A DNA stretch of 64,000 bases from an uncultured Candidatus Saccharibacteria bacterium (lineage in GTDB: Bacteria; Patescibacteriota; Saccharimonadia; Saccharimonadales; 2-12-FULL-41-12). A program made the translations under genes and the position numbers. Under the pieces are notes generated by a model. That model saw only the letters and a list, made by a program, of their open reading frames with translations. It ran no database searches and was not told the DNA's origin. Shown here piece by piece: positions 44,497-53,534 of this stretch. The stretch spans positions 21,108 to 85,107 of the forward strand of contig CAZFPJ010000002.1 in assembly GCA_964521095.1 (NCBI GenBank), given 5' to 3'. The number at the start of each line of letters is the position of its first letter. The stretch's first letter is position 1.

Positions 44497-45651
44497 ATGT
44501 ACGCTACCATAGAAAAAGAGAAACAACCAGAAACATTTGTCTACAACCCGGAACGGAGACTGTATGACGATACCACAACTTGGCTAGCAGAGGTCGTGCA
44601 CGGGAGTATGCAGTCCGAATTTGTCTATGAGCTTAATGGACAAGATCTGGTCGCAGAAGATGGGAGCTCTTTGAAGCAGATTTTTGAAGATGCGCTAGAC
44701 GAGAGCTATAAGTTGCCGGCTAATTTGTACTTTGAGTCTAGGCGAAGACAACACGAGCTAGAGGAATACCAGGATATGTTGGCAATGGCACAAGGAGGTG
44801 GCCCGAATACTATGGTGGTGGTTTCTGATTTTCCACAGGAGCTGGAGGGTCATAATGAAGATGTTGGCGGATACAATGTGACTCGCCAGCAAACTATGTT
44901 GCGGGTAATAAGTCGTCGGCAAGATGGTTCGCTACATATCCAGTCGCAGAGCCTGGATGGGAGCAATCGGAGGGCTTTGGAACAGCTGTATGAGTATCTG
45001 GAGGTAGATAAGCCAGAGCAGGGTGAGCTATTAGGCCAGAGACGGCATTTTAATCTTGATAGCGACATTGAGCAGGCAAAACTAATTGGCGATCTGCGTG
45101 GACAGTACGACCAAAGCCTTAAGGTACAGACAGGTGCAGAGCATTTTGCAGGGATAAAACATGGGCGCCAGACCGATACTTTGAACTTTGTTAAGGCTCA
45201 GACCGATGTGCTTCAGATGTATTTTGATAAAGTAGAGACGATTAATGACGATAACCAGCTTTTGTACGCAGTTGCGGCAACAATAACAGAGAGGTTTAGT
45301 GGTGCATTGAAATTGGGCAGATTGGGCGATGACACTGCATGGACGACTGACTCAACAACAGGATTCGTTCCCGAGAGAGAGTTGGCAGATCAAGTCTGGC
45401 AGGCAGCCCAACGGGCGACCTCTGCTGGCAAAACATTTAGTGGCTGTGGGGGGAGCATCAAGGCAGGCACGACAGATGCTAATGGCCAGCTAAGCGAGTT
45501 GGGTTATGGCGATAAAGCTGATGAAAAAACTAGCTATAGTTTTAACAAAAAACAGCACTGTGTTGTTTGCCAGCCTAAACCTAAAGACGATGAGCCCAAA
45601 AAGATGTGTGGTCCCTGCGGTATTTGCCGTTCGTGCGACGCCAAGCTTTAG
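44497..45651 (+). CDS. Uncharacterised acidic cytoplasmic protein with C-terminal Cys cluster (zinc-ribbon-like)
   Basis: 384-aa ORF with SD AAGGAA 9 nt upstream. There is no TM helix or signal peptide. The C-terminus reads HCVVC-x12-CGPCGICRSC. I recognised no family. Confidence 0.65.
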   Translation: MYATIEKEKQPETFVYNPERRLYDDTTTWLAEVVHGSMQSEFVYELNGQDLVAEDGSSLKQIFEDALDESYKLPANLYFESRRRQHELEEYQDMLAMAQGGGPNTMVVVSDFPQELEGHNEDVGGYNVTRQQTMLRVISRRQDGSLHIQSQSLDGSNRRALEQLYEYLEVDKPEQGELLGQRRHFNLDSDIEQAKLIGDLRGQYDQSLKVQTGAEHFAGIKHGRQTDTLNFVKAQTDVLQMYFDKVETINDDNQLLYAVAATITERFSGALKLGRLGDDTAWTTDSTTGFVPERELADQVWQAAQRATSAGKTFSGCGGSIKAGTTDANGQLSELGYGDKADEKTSYSFNKKQHCVVCQPKPKDDEPKKMCGPCGICRSCDAKL

Positions 45652-47348
45652 ATGTTGATCTCGTCTTCTAGATAGTTTTTGAGGTAATCTTGGTGTTTTT
45701 GGCCGTATTTTTTAAATTCATTTTTTTGCAAACCACTTTTTCGGATAAATGAGCTAACTCGTTCGTTGCCAATATAGTGAGGCATCATGACATAGCTAGC
45801 ACCAAGATCGTAAAGTTCGTTTGCCTCAGTAACGGTATCTGCTCTAGAGATGATAACTGCGTCGGGGTTGAGCCTGTCCATAGTACTAACTACGAATTTG
45901 TTTACTTCGTGTCCGACAATAATTGAAACAATTAACTTGCTTTTGTCTATCTGGGCTTCTTTGAGCAGTTCTAGATCTGCGGCGTCACCGTACAGATAGT
46001 CTATTTTGCGTTTTTCTAGGATCTCTATGACATCGGGGTCGTAGTCGATTACTAAGTATTTTTTGCCGAGTTCTTTGAAGGTTTTGATTATCTCGTAACC
46101 TCCCTGGTCGTACCCGAACAGGACAAGCTCGTATGGCTTGGCTTGCTTTTTCTCTCTAAAAGTGACTTCTTTTTCGAAGAGTTTAATATTGATTCGGTCA
46201 AACTTTTCAAAGAGAACATCGTCGTAATGCATTAGATAAGTGGATATAGCAATAGTTATTATGGCCACCAGCGTAATGATAGCGCTGAGCTCTGGACGGA
46301 CCATACCTACGCTGGTAGCTAGTAGAACTAATATGATAGAGAATTCACTAATTTGAGATAGGTTAATGCCGGCTTTGAAGGCTACTCGCTTTGGATAGCC
46401 CATTAGGCCAGTCGCGGTGATGACCGCCAGAGGTTTTACCAGCATTACTATTGCCGACAAGATTAATGCGGGCACCAAACCAGCAGCTATATTACCCAGG
46501 CTCATGCTCTGCCCAAGGGTTATAAAGAATATGACAACAAAAAAGTCTCGTAGTGGCTTGAGGCGCGAGGCGATCTCTTTGACATAGGGCGAAGACGCCA
46601 GGGCAATACCAGCGAATAAGGCACCGATCTCTATGGAAAAACCGGCTCTTTCGAATAAGGTAGCGATACCGAAGCCCCATGCGATGGCAAATAAAAAGAG
46701 TAGCTCTTGGTTGCTGGCCATGTATTTTGCAATTTTTGGTATGAGCTTGGTGCTAGCAAGAGCCAGGGATATAAGGAGAAATATTGATTTGGCGGCGAGC
46801 AAGACAAGCTCTGATATCTGAAAACTGCCACCATCTTTGCCAGCAACAATAAATAGTAAAGCTAGGGTTGCAACTATGTCATCTATAACAATCACCCCAA
46901 TAGCGATCTGTCCGTGTAGCCGGTTTTGTTCTTTTTTGTCGGTAAGGATTTTGACGATAATAATTGTGCTACTAAAGAATAGAGCCAGACCAGTTATCAT
47001 GGCTTCTGTTTTGCCAAAGCCAAGGAGGGTTGAGGTGGCAAAGCCGGCAGAGAATATTGTTAAAAATGTTGTAGCAGCGGTGAGAAGTACAACGCTTCCT
47101 AGGCGTTTGAGTTCGCCAAGACTCATGCCCAGTCCGATAATAAATAGAAGCAAAGCGATGCCGATGCCAGAGAATGACTCGAACATGGCTGTTGAGTGAA
47201 TTAACCCAAGCGCTGCTGGTCCTACTATTAGACCAGAAAGAATGTAGCCCAATATCAGGGGTTGTTTGATAAGCTTCATAATAATCGAGACAACTGCGGT
47301 CACAACTATGACTAGGCTTAGTTCGCTAAAAACGGAATCAATATGCAT
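45648..47348 (-). CDS. Monovalent cation:proton antiporter (CPA2/Kef-type) with C-terminal RCK/TrkA-N domain
   Basis: 566 aa with about 12 TM helices. The cytoplasmic domain reads LVLFGYDQGGYEIIKTF...YLYGDAADLELL. Confidence 0.85.
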   Translation of the reverse strand: MHIDSVFSELSLVIVVTAVVSIIMKLIKQPLILGYILSGLIVGPAALGLIHSTAMFESFSGIGIALLLFIIGLGMSLGELKRLGSVVLLTAATTFLTIFSAGFATSTLLGFGKTEAMITGLALFFSSTIIIVKILTDKKEQNRLHGQIAIGVIVIDDIVATLALLFIVAGKDGGSFQISELVLLAAKSIFLLISLALASTKLIPKIAKYMASNQELLFLFAIAWGFGIATLFERAGFSIEIGALFAGIALASSPYVKEIASRLKPLRDFFVVIFFITLGQSMSLGNIAAGLVPALILSAIVMLVKPLAVITATGLMGYPKRVAFKAGINLSQISEFSIILVLLATSVGMVRPELSAIITLVAIITIAISTYLMHYDDVLFEKFDRINIKLFEKEVTFREKKQAKPYELVLFGYDQGGYEIIKTFKELGKKYLVIDYDPDVIEILEKRKIDYLYGDAADLELLKEAQIDKSKLIVSIIVGHEVNKFVVSTMDRLNPDAVIISRADTVTEANELYDLGASYVMMPHYIGNERVSSFIRKSGLQKNEFKKYGQKHQDYLKNYLEDEINI

Positions 47349-47429
47349 ATGGTTTTGTGTTACTCTGTACCTGTACCTCTTAAGTTTACACGAAGTACAA
47401 GAGTTTTACGAATAAGGAGATAGTCACTG

Positions 47430-47909
47430 ATGAAAGATATGTTTAGGAAAGTTTCTAACAAGGTTTCTGTAGCTGCTGGTTCTGCTATGACATTTGTTAT
47501 GGCTTGTCTCGTGGTAGTGCTTTGGGCAACAACAGGCCCGCTATTTAATTTTTCGGACACATGGCAGTTGATTATCAATACAGGTACTACGATTGTCACT
47601 TTTTTGATGGTATTTTTAATCCAGAATACTCAAAACCGTGACGGCAAAGCTATGCAATTAAAGCTGGACGAGCTAATTCGTGTCACCACCAAAGCACGGG
47701 GTTCGTTTGTGAGCCTGGAGAGGCTGACAGATGAAGAACTAGCAATATTGGACAGAGAGTTCGACGAACTACACGAGAAAGCGCTGTCTAGCCCAGTGAT
47801 GAAAAAGCTAGAAGCTACGATTGAGGAAGAGCACGAACGACGCAAAAAGGGCATTAATTTGCATCCAGACATGCATGCTTTTGACGGACTTCTTAAAAAA
47901 CTAAAGTAA
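47430..47909 (+). CDS. Low-affinity iron permease (Fet4-like) family small membrane protein
   Basis: The sequence FSDTWQLIINTGTTIVTFLMVFLIQNTQNRDGKAMQLKLDELIR is characteristic of the family. Confidence 0.72.
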   Translation: MKDMFRKVSNKVSVAAGSAMTFVMACLVVVLWATTGPLFNFSDTWQLIINTGTTIVTFLMVFLIQNTQNRDGKAMQLKLDELIRVTTKARGSFVSLERLTDEELAILDREFDELHEKALSSPVMKKLEATIEEEHERRKKGINLHPDMHAFDGLLKKLK

Positions 47910-47932
47910 CTTTATCTGGGCTATTGTAGGAT

Positions 47933-48589
47933 TTAGTTTTGTGGTTTGTTTTGTTTGGCGATTTCTTCGTCTATTAGCTTTTTGAATTCGTCGAGACTGG
48001 TTGGACTTTTGTCGAGTTTTTTGCCATTGAGTATGAAGGTTGGGGTGGACTCTACTCCAGCTTTTTTACCTGCCGAGAGATCGGCGTTGATGGTATCTGC
48101 TACAGACGAGCTCTTCATGTCGTTTTTGAATTGGTCAACATTGAGGCCAAGACTTTTGGCGTAGTCGTTGAGTAGCGAAGTTGGGTCTTTGCTGGTGCTC
48201 CAGGCTTCTTGGTTTTCGTATAGTTGACCGTACATTTCAAAGAATTTACCCTGACGGCCGGCGGCTTCTGCGGCCCTGGAGGCTATAAATGCGTTAGGGT
48301 GAATTTGGGTTAGCGGGAAGTGCTTGAATTGGAATGTAATATCATCACCATAAATCTCTTTGACTTGCTCGACAACAGGGTAAAAACTTTTACAGGCTGG
48401 GCACTGGAAGTCGCCAAATTCTACCAAGGTAACGCCTTTTTTGCCAGCGCCCACCGTGTGATTGCTGGTTTGGCTCTGGTCTCCAGATTTTTTGTTGCTG
48501 TTGTTGCTATCTTTTTTCTTTGTGATGGTCAGTACGCCAAAAAATCCTAAAATAATTACTGCAATTATGATTAAAAACTGTTTGCTCAT
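47933..48589 (-). CDS. Membrane-anchored DsbA-family thiol:disulfide oxidoreductase
   Basis: N-terminal TM helix and the active site FGDFQCPACKSF. Confidence 0.85.
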   Translation of the reverse strand: MSKQFLIIIAVIILGFFGVLTITKKKDSNNSNKKSGDQSQTSNHTVGAGKKGVTLVEFGDFQCPACKSFYPVVEQVKEIYGDDITFQFKHFPLTQIHPNAFIASRAAEAAGRQGKFFEMYGQLYENQEAWSTSKDPTSLLNDYAKSLGLNVDQFKNDMKSSSVADTINADLSAGKKAGVESTPTFILNGKKLDKSPTSLDEFKKLIDEEIAKQNKPQN

Positions 48590-48673
48590 TGTATCCCCAT
48601 TTATTTACTACCCATACATCATATCATCTGGCTTGTTGCAGACTGAAAACTAAAGGAATATTATGAGGTAGGT

Positions 48674-49645
48674 ATGATAGTGGCTTTATTTGCAATATCG
48701 GTGGTGGTGAGTATTCTTATAGCGAAGTTGCGTCGTGCTTATACGCAGAATTCATTAGCAGAGCTAGAGTCTAGAGCTAGGCACGAAGATGAGTCTTCTC
48801 ACCGACTAATTTTAGTTGCAAGATATCAAGAGAGCATTAATTTTGTTGCTTGGAGCTTGATTGTCTTGCTGTCGTCTGGTGCTGTTTTACTCTCTGTCAG
48901 AACGCTATCGGTGCCGTGGGCTTATATTTTTAATATTCTATTTATTACTGCAATATTTTTGTTGATTCCAAATATTAAATCTGCAAGTTGGTGGGTGGGC
49001 ATTGGTGCTTATTTAGCCCCAAGCTTGAAGGGGCTTTTGCAAGCCTGCCAGCCGTTTAGTAAAGCTTTTTATAAAAAAGTATCTAGGCTACAGCTCAAAA
49101 AATCTACAGTTTTAGATAAACAAGACTTTTTGAATTTACTAAAAAGCTCAAAACAACGAGAGGCGTTGGGTTTGCCGGAAATAAACCAGCAAGCAATGTT
49201 GGCTTTGATGCTGTCCGAAAAGAGTATTGGCGAAGTTATGTTGCCTTTTGACGAGGTGCGAATTGTGAGCGCCAAAGAATCTATAGGACCTATTTTGATT
49301 GATGAATTACACAAAACCGAACAAGGCTGGTTCCCGGTTAAGGAAGGCCGAAAAAAGAGTGTTATTGGGTTTTTTTATATAAATGATTTGTTGGATTATC
49401 AAGAGGGTGGCAGTATTTTTGAGGTGATGAATCCGCGGATATATTATGTCAAATATGACCAACCGTTGTGGCTGGTTTTAGATGCTTTTATCAAAACAGG
49501 CAGTAGAGTATTTTTGGCGATTGACGAGAGAGGTAAGGTAAAAGGCATGGTGTCTGTTGAAGAAGTCTTGGTGAGTCTTTTGTCGGTTAGTATTTTGAGT
49601 GACAAAGACGGCTTTGATGACCCCGAGCAGGTCGCACTATATTAG
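48674..49645 (+). CDS. DUF21(CNNM)-type membrane domain plus CBS-pair protein
   Basis: Three or four N-terminal TM helices, then GEVMLPFDEVRIVSAKESI...VKGMVSVEEVL, which looks like a CBS pair. The CorC_HlyC C-terminal domain is absent. Confidence 0.65.
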   Translation: MIVALFAISVVVSILIAKLRRAYTQNSLAELESRARHEDESSHRLILVARYQESINFVAWSLIVLLSSGAVLLSVRTLSVPWAYIFNILFITAIFLLIPNIKSASWWVGIGAYLAPSLKGLLQACQPFSKAFYKKVSRLQLKKSTVLDKQDFLNLLKSSKQREALGLPEINQQAMLALMLSEKSIGEVMLPFDEVRIVSAKESIGPILIDELHKTEQGWFPVKEGRKKSVIGFFYINDLLDYQEGGSIFEVMNPRIYYVKYDQPLWLVLDAFIKTGSRVFLAIDERGKVKGMVSVEEVLVSLLSVSILSDKDGFDDPEQVALY

Positions 49646-49701
49646 GTACCCTAAATCTGGTACAATAGTTTAATCAAGCATAATAACTATAGACAATAGC
49701 T

Positions 49702-51729
49702 ATGGCAAACAAAAAAGACAAAAACAATTCTAGTGACTTATTCGGATCTTCGGTAGACCCGCAGGTCGAAGAAAAAGTTGATAATATGATGAGCCTGGAG
49801 AATATAGATACTCCAGAAAAAGTTGACGCCAAAGATGTCGTTGATGAGCAGATCCCAGAAAGCACTGAAGCGCCGATAATACCCAGCGATGAGCTACCAA
49901 GCTTTGAAGATAAACTGCCTTTGCCGGCGCAGGATGAAGCACCATCTGCCGAGATAGACAAAGATCAAACAATTGCCGAAGCAGAGCAGGCCCAAGAAGA
50001 GGCAAAGACCACTACAGACCTTGGCCCGGTAGATGATGCTACGACAGATAAGGCGGTTGACGACATTGTAAAAGAAGAGTCCAACGCACTGCTGGCTACA
50101 GAAGACGCTAAAATTAAGAAGGCCAATGAGCCGACTCCAAAACGAAGTTTTGGCCAAAAAATCAAAGCATTTTTTAGAGCTTGGTGGAGTAATCCACTTT
50201 ATCGTAAGCTGACTATCGCCAGTATATTGATTGTGGTCGTGGCACTAGCAGTAGTTCCAGCCTCGCGATACTTTGTACTAAACACAGTAGGCGTGAGGAG
50301 CTCTAGCTCGGTAATTGTTTTGGATCAAAAGACCAGTCAGCCTCTAAAAAATGTAGAGGTTAGTATAGCTAGCCAATCTAGCAAGACAGACAAAGAAGGC
50401 CGAGTACAGCTGAACGGGATCAAGCTGGGCCCTCAACAACTCGTTATTAAGAAACCAGCTTTTGCGGAGGTGAATCAAAAGGTAACTATAGGTTGGGGTA
50501 GTAATCCGTTGGGGCAAATGAAATTAACTCCTGTGGGGAGCCAATATACATTTAGGTTAAGTGACTTTATCTCTAACAAGCCAGTTAAGGATGCCGAGGC
50601 TACCAGTGGCGAGTCTAGTGCGGTGGCCAATAGTGACGGAGAGATTGTGCTGACTTTGCCTAACACCAAGGAGGCAGAGGTAGAAGTAGAGATCTCTGCT
50701 AACAACTACAGAACAGAGAAGTTGAAGCTTGAGGTTGCTAACAAAGAGTCAAAAGATATAAAAATGGTGTCTGCTCATAAGCATGCTTTTGTTTCAAAGC
50801 GGAGTGGAAAATACGATGTTTACAAAATAGATGTAGATGGCAATAATGAGCAAAAAGTTTTTGAGGGAACTGGCACAGAGCGTGAAGACAGCATGTCACT
50901 GGTGCCGCACCAGACTAAAAATTTGGTAGCTTTTGTTTCTGGCAGGAGCGATGCGCGGAACCAAGATGGGTATGTTTTGAACAGCCTAAATATTATTAAT
51001 CTTGATACGAACGAAGTCGACAAGATTACTGCATCCGAGAGGATCCAGGTGGTTGGCTGGCAAAACGATAGATTGGTTTATGTCAAGATCACCCAAGGGG
51101 CCAGTGCGTCCAGTACTGATAGGCACAAATTAATGTCGTATGATATGAAGTCCGAAGACGACAAAGAACTTGCCAAGACGAATTATTTTAACGATGTCAT
51201 GCTAGCTGGGGGAGCTATCTATTACAGTCCAGCCTTGTATAAAGTTAATGGCCCAGTTGGTCTGTATAAAGTAAATGCAGATGGCACTAATAGGCAGACC
51301 GTCATGGACAAAGAAGTGTGGAATTTGTTCAGGACCAGCTATGACACAATCGCTGTGTCTGTTGGACAAGATTGGTACGAATACCAAATATCTAGCGGTA
51401 AGCTAGCGAAAGCTAACAATCCGCCAGCGCAGTTAAAGTCTCGAGTTTATATTGATGCTCCTAGTGGCAAAAAGAGTCTGTGGGTAGATGAGCGAGATGG
51501 CAAGGGAGTTCTGCTGGCCTTTGATGTAGATACCAACGCAGACAGGTCTTTGCAGAACAAAAGTGGACTCAAGAATCCTGTTGAGTGGCTAGATGGCGAC
51601 CATATTGTCTACAGAATTGCCAACAGTCAAGAAACTGCCGATTTTGTTATGAGTTTAAGTGGTGGTGAGCCCAAAAAGATTTCTGATGTTACCAATATCG
51701 CCGGGGTTGAGCGCTGGTATTACTACTAG
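49702..51729 (+). CDS. Single-pass membrane protein with acidic N-terminus, Ig/carboxypeptidase-regulatory-like and beta-propeller-like ectodomain (unknown function)
   Basis: 675 aa with a TM helix at LTIASILIVVVALAVV. Repeats of the type VLDQKTSQPLKNVEVSI (CarboxypepD_reg-like) occur. The C-terminal half has a TolB/PD40-like pattern. Confidence 0.6.
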   Translation: MANKKDKNNSSDLFGSSVDPQVEEKVDNMMSLENIDTPEKVDAKDVVDEQIPESTEAPIIPSDELPSFEDKLPLPAQDEAPSAEIDKDQTIAEAEQAQEEAKTTTDLGPVDDATTDKAVDDIVKEESNALLATEDAKIKKANEPTPKRSFGQKIKAFFRAWWSNPLYRKLTIASILIVVVALAVVPASRYFVLNTVGVRSSSSVIVLDQKTSQPLKNVEVSIASQSSKTDKEGRVQLNGIKLGPQQLVIKKPAFAEVNQKVTIGWGSNPLGQMKLTPVGSQYTFRLSDFISNKPVKDAEATSGESSAVANSDGEIVLTLPNTKEAEVEVEISANNYRTEKLKLEVANKESKDIKMVSAHKHAFVSKRSGKYDVYKIDVDGNNEQKVFEGTGTEREDSMSLVPHQTKNLVAFVSGRSDARNQDGYVLNSLNIINLDTNEVDKITASERIQVVGWQNDRLVYVKITQGASASSTDRHKLMSYDMKSEDDKELAKTNYFNDVMLAGGAIYYSPALYKVNGPVGLYKVNADGTNRQTVMDKEVWNLFRTSYDTIAVSVGQDWYEYQISSGKLAKANNPPAQLKSRVYIDAPSGKKSLWVDERDGKGVLLAFDVDTNADRSLQNKSGLKNPVEWLDGDHIVYRIANSQETADFVMSLSGGEPKKISDVTNIAGVERWYYY

Positions 51730-52007
51730 AGTTGTTGTAGTTGCACAAAGATACTTAGTGCAATCAGTATAAACGCTACGAACACCGCAATAGATATAGC
51801 GCCCCAAGGTGTATTTGATTGATATTTTTTGAGAGGAGCTTCGGGGTCTTTTGTTGGCTCTTCGACTGGCTGGCTAGGTTTTGGTACAGGCTCTTTTTGT
51901 TGCGGAGAAATATTTGGCTTGCTTGTGATGTCGACCGCTCGCCTAGCAGGCGCAGATGGTTGTGGTATGGTCTTCGGCTGTGCTGGTGCTTGTATTTCTT
52001 CTGGCAT
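51726..52007 (-). CDS. Pro-rich small protein with C-terminal TM anchor (hypothetical)
   Basis: 93-aa ORF that is P/Q/K-rich, followed by WGAISIAVFVAFILIALSIFV. It has a 4-nt convergent overlap with the 675-aa gene. Confidence 0.4.
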   Translation of the reverse strand: MPEEIQAPAQPKTIPQPSAPARRAVDITSKPNISPQQKEPVPKPSQPVEEPTKDPEAPLKKYQSNTPWGAISIAVFVAFILIALSIFVQLQQL

Positions 52008-52027
52008 AGGCCTCCCTTTGTTATGCT

Positions 52028-52900
52028 TTATTTTCCAGTCGGCAACTTACTGGTCGGCAGTTTTAGTTTGTTATGCCTAAAGGCTATGAGTAGCCGTTTG
52101 TAAAATTCATCCTGGACTTCCCACTGGTCGTTGGCGGTTGCTTGCCCTAAGACTTTGATTTCTACACCACCTTCGGTAAAACGGACTACGCGCTTAAAGT
52201 AAGGGGGGATTTTGATCTTATTTTTCAGGTCGGGGTCGACAGACATTTCTTCGCCTACATGATTAATGATATGTTCGACGCGTTCTATGTCTACAGACTC
52301 GTCTAATACTAGGTTTTCGTTAATGCCACCATACCCCATAGTCATATTAGTGGTCACAACAATACTGCCGTTGGGTATGTGATATAGGTTGCCCCCAAGG
52401 TCTCGCAGGACTGTGGCGCGGATCGTGAGTGCCTCTACACGACCTTCTACATTGTTTAGTCTAACAATATCGCCTACTCGATATTGGTTGTCGGCAATAA
52501 TAAAAATACCGCTGGTGAAGTCTTTGATTAAACTTTGAGCACCAAACCCCAGGGCGATACCCAAAATACCAGCACTAGCTAGCAAGGGCGCAGTGTTGAC
52601 TCCAATTTCGCCTAGTATCATTAGTCCGATTACCAAAAATACAATTAACTTTGTCCCGCCATTTATGAGGTTGTCTAGGGTTTTTACTCGCTTATCGCGG
52701 TCGGATTTTGTGGGATACAGGTCGCGCCGGATGGTCTTGTGAACTATTCGACTAAGTACGCGCGCGCCGTAGCGATAGATAAACCACCCAACCAGCAAGA
52801 GTATGGCGACCCTAGTGCCACTGGTAGCCAACCAGGTGACTATCTTGTCGGTAGTCTGTTGGAAAGTCTCGTTTAGGGTTATAACAAATAACTGGTCCAT
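52028..52900 (-). CDS. Small-conductance mechanosensitive channel (MscS family)
   Basis: ASAGILGIALGFGAQSLIKDFTSGIFIIADNQYRVGDIV is the pore-helix/beta-domain signature. I chose the start ATG 52898-52900 (MDQLF...). Confidence 0.85.
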   Translation of the reverse strand: MDQLFVITLNETFQQTTDKIVTWLATSGTRVAILLLVGWFIYRYGARVLSRIVHKTIRRDLYPTKSDRDKRVKTLDNLINGGTKLIVFLVIGLMILGEIGVNTAPLLASAGILGIALGFGAQSLIKDFTSGIFIIADNQYRVGDIVRLNNVEGRVEALTIRATVLRDLGGNLYHIPNGSIVVTTNMTMGYGGINENLVLDESVDIERVEHIINHVGEEMSVDPDLKNKIKIPPYFKRVVRFTEGGVEIKVLGQATANDQWEVQDEFYKRLLIAFRHNKLKLPTSKLPTGK

Positions 52901-52940
52901 GTGTCCTAGTAGTATAATACGAGCATGAAGAATAAGGTAG

Positions 52941-53534
52941 ATGCTAATGCTTATTAGTGACAGAAGTTTGCTGGCAGACAAGTTGCTTGGTGGCTCCGTA
53001 GCGATTATGTCAACCGATACGGTATATGGCATTTGCGCTCGAGCTACAGACAGTGGTGCCGTAGCTCGTCTCTACTCCCTAAAGAGCAGAGACAAAAAGC
53101 CGGGTACGCTTATTGCCTCGTCGGTTGATCAGCTGGTAGGCCTTGGCATAAAAAGGCGCTACTTGAAGGCTGTCGAACAATTCTGGCCTGGGGCGTTGAG
53201 CGTGGTGGTGCCAACAGCCTCATCGAATCTAGGATACCTAGACTTAGGACTGGGCACCCTGGCCATGAGGGTAGTAGAAGACAAAAGTTTAGTAGATGTT
53301 TTGCAAAGAACGGGCCCACTAATTAGTACTAGCGCTAACTTGCCTGGATGTCCCCCTGCGGATACTATTGCCGAGGCTATAGACTATTTTGGGGATAAGG
53401 TAGATGTATATATGGATGGCGGAGATTTATCGGGCAGAGAGGCCTCGACAATCATTAGAATAGTAGATGACGCAGTAGATGTTTTGCGACCAGGTGCCGT
53501 ACGGATAGACGAGAACGGACAGATTATTAACTAA
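52941..53534 (+). CDS. tsaC: L-threonylcarbamoyladenylate synthase (YrdC/TsaC type)
   Basis: 197 aa with STDTVYGICARA, KKPGTLIAS, and LISTSANLPG. Confidence 0.85.
   Translation: MLMLISDRSLLADKLLGGSVAIMSTDTVYGICARATDSGAVARLYSLKSRDKKPGTLIASSVDQLVGLGIKRRYLKAVEQFWPGALSVVVPTASSNLGYLDLGLGTLAMRVVEDKSLVDVLQRTGPLISTSANLPGCPPADTIAEAIDYFGDKVDVYMDGGDLSGREASTIIRIVDDAVDVLRPGAVRIDENGQIIN

Noticed and set aside
49674-50165. Several antisense or out-of-frame ORFs: 49674..49961, 49730..50005, 49894..50157 and 49965..50165.
   Set aside because: They overlap the acidic low-complexity N-terminus of the 675-aa membrane protein. Their S/L/C-rich composition is typical of off-frame artefacts.
52901-53032. The longer MscS ORF start at 53032.
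   Set aside because: The extension overlaps the divergent tsaC start region and encodes atypical sequence. ATG 52898-52900 gives a normal MscS N-terminus with a TATAAT-like element upstream.
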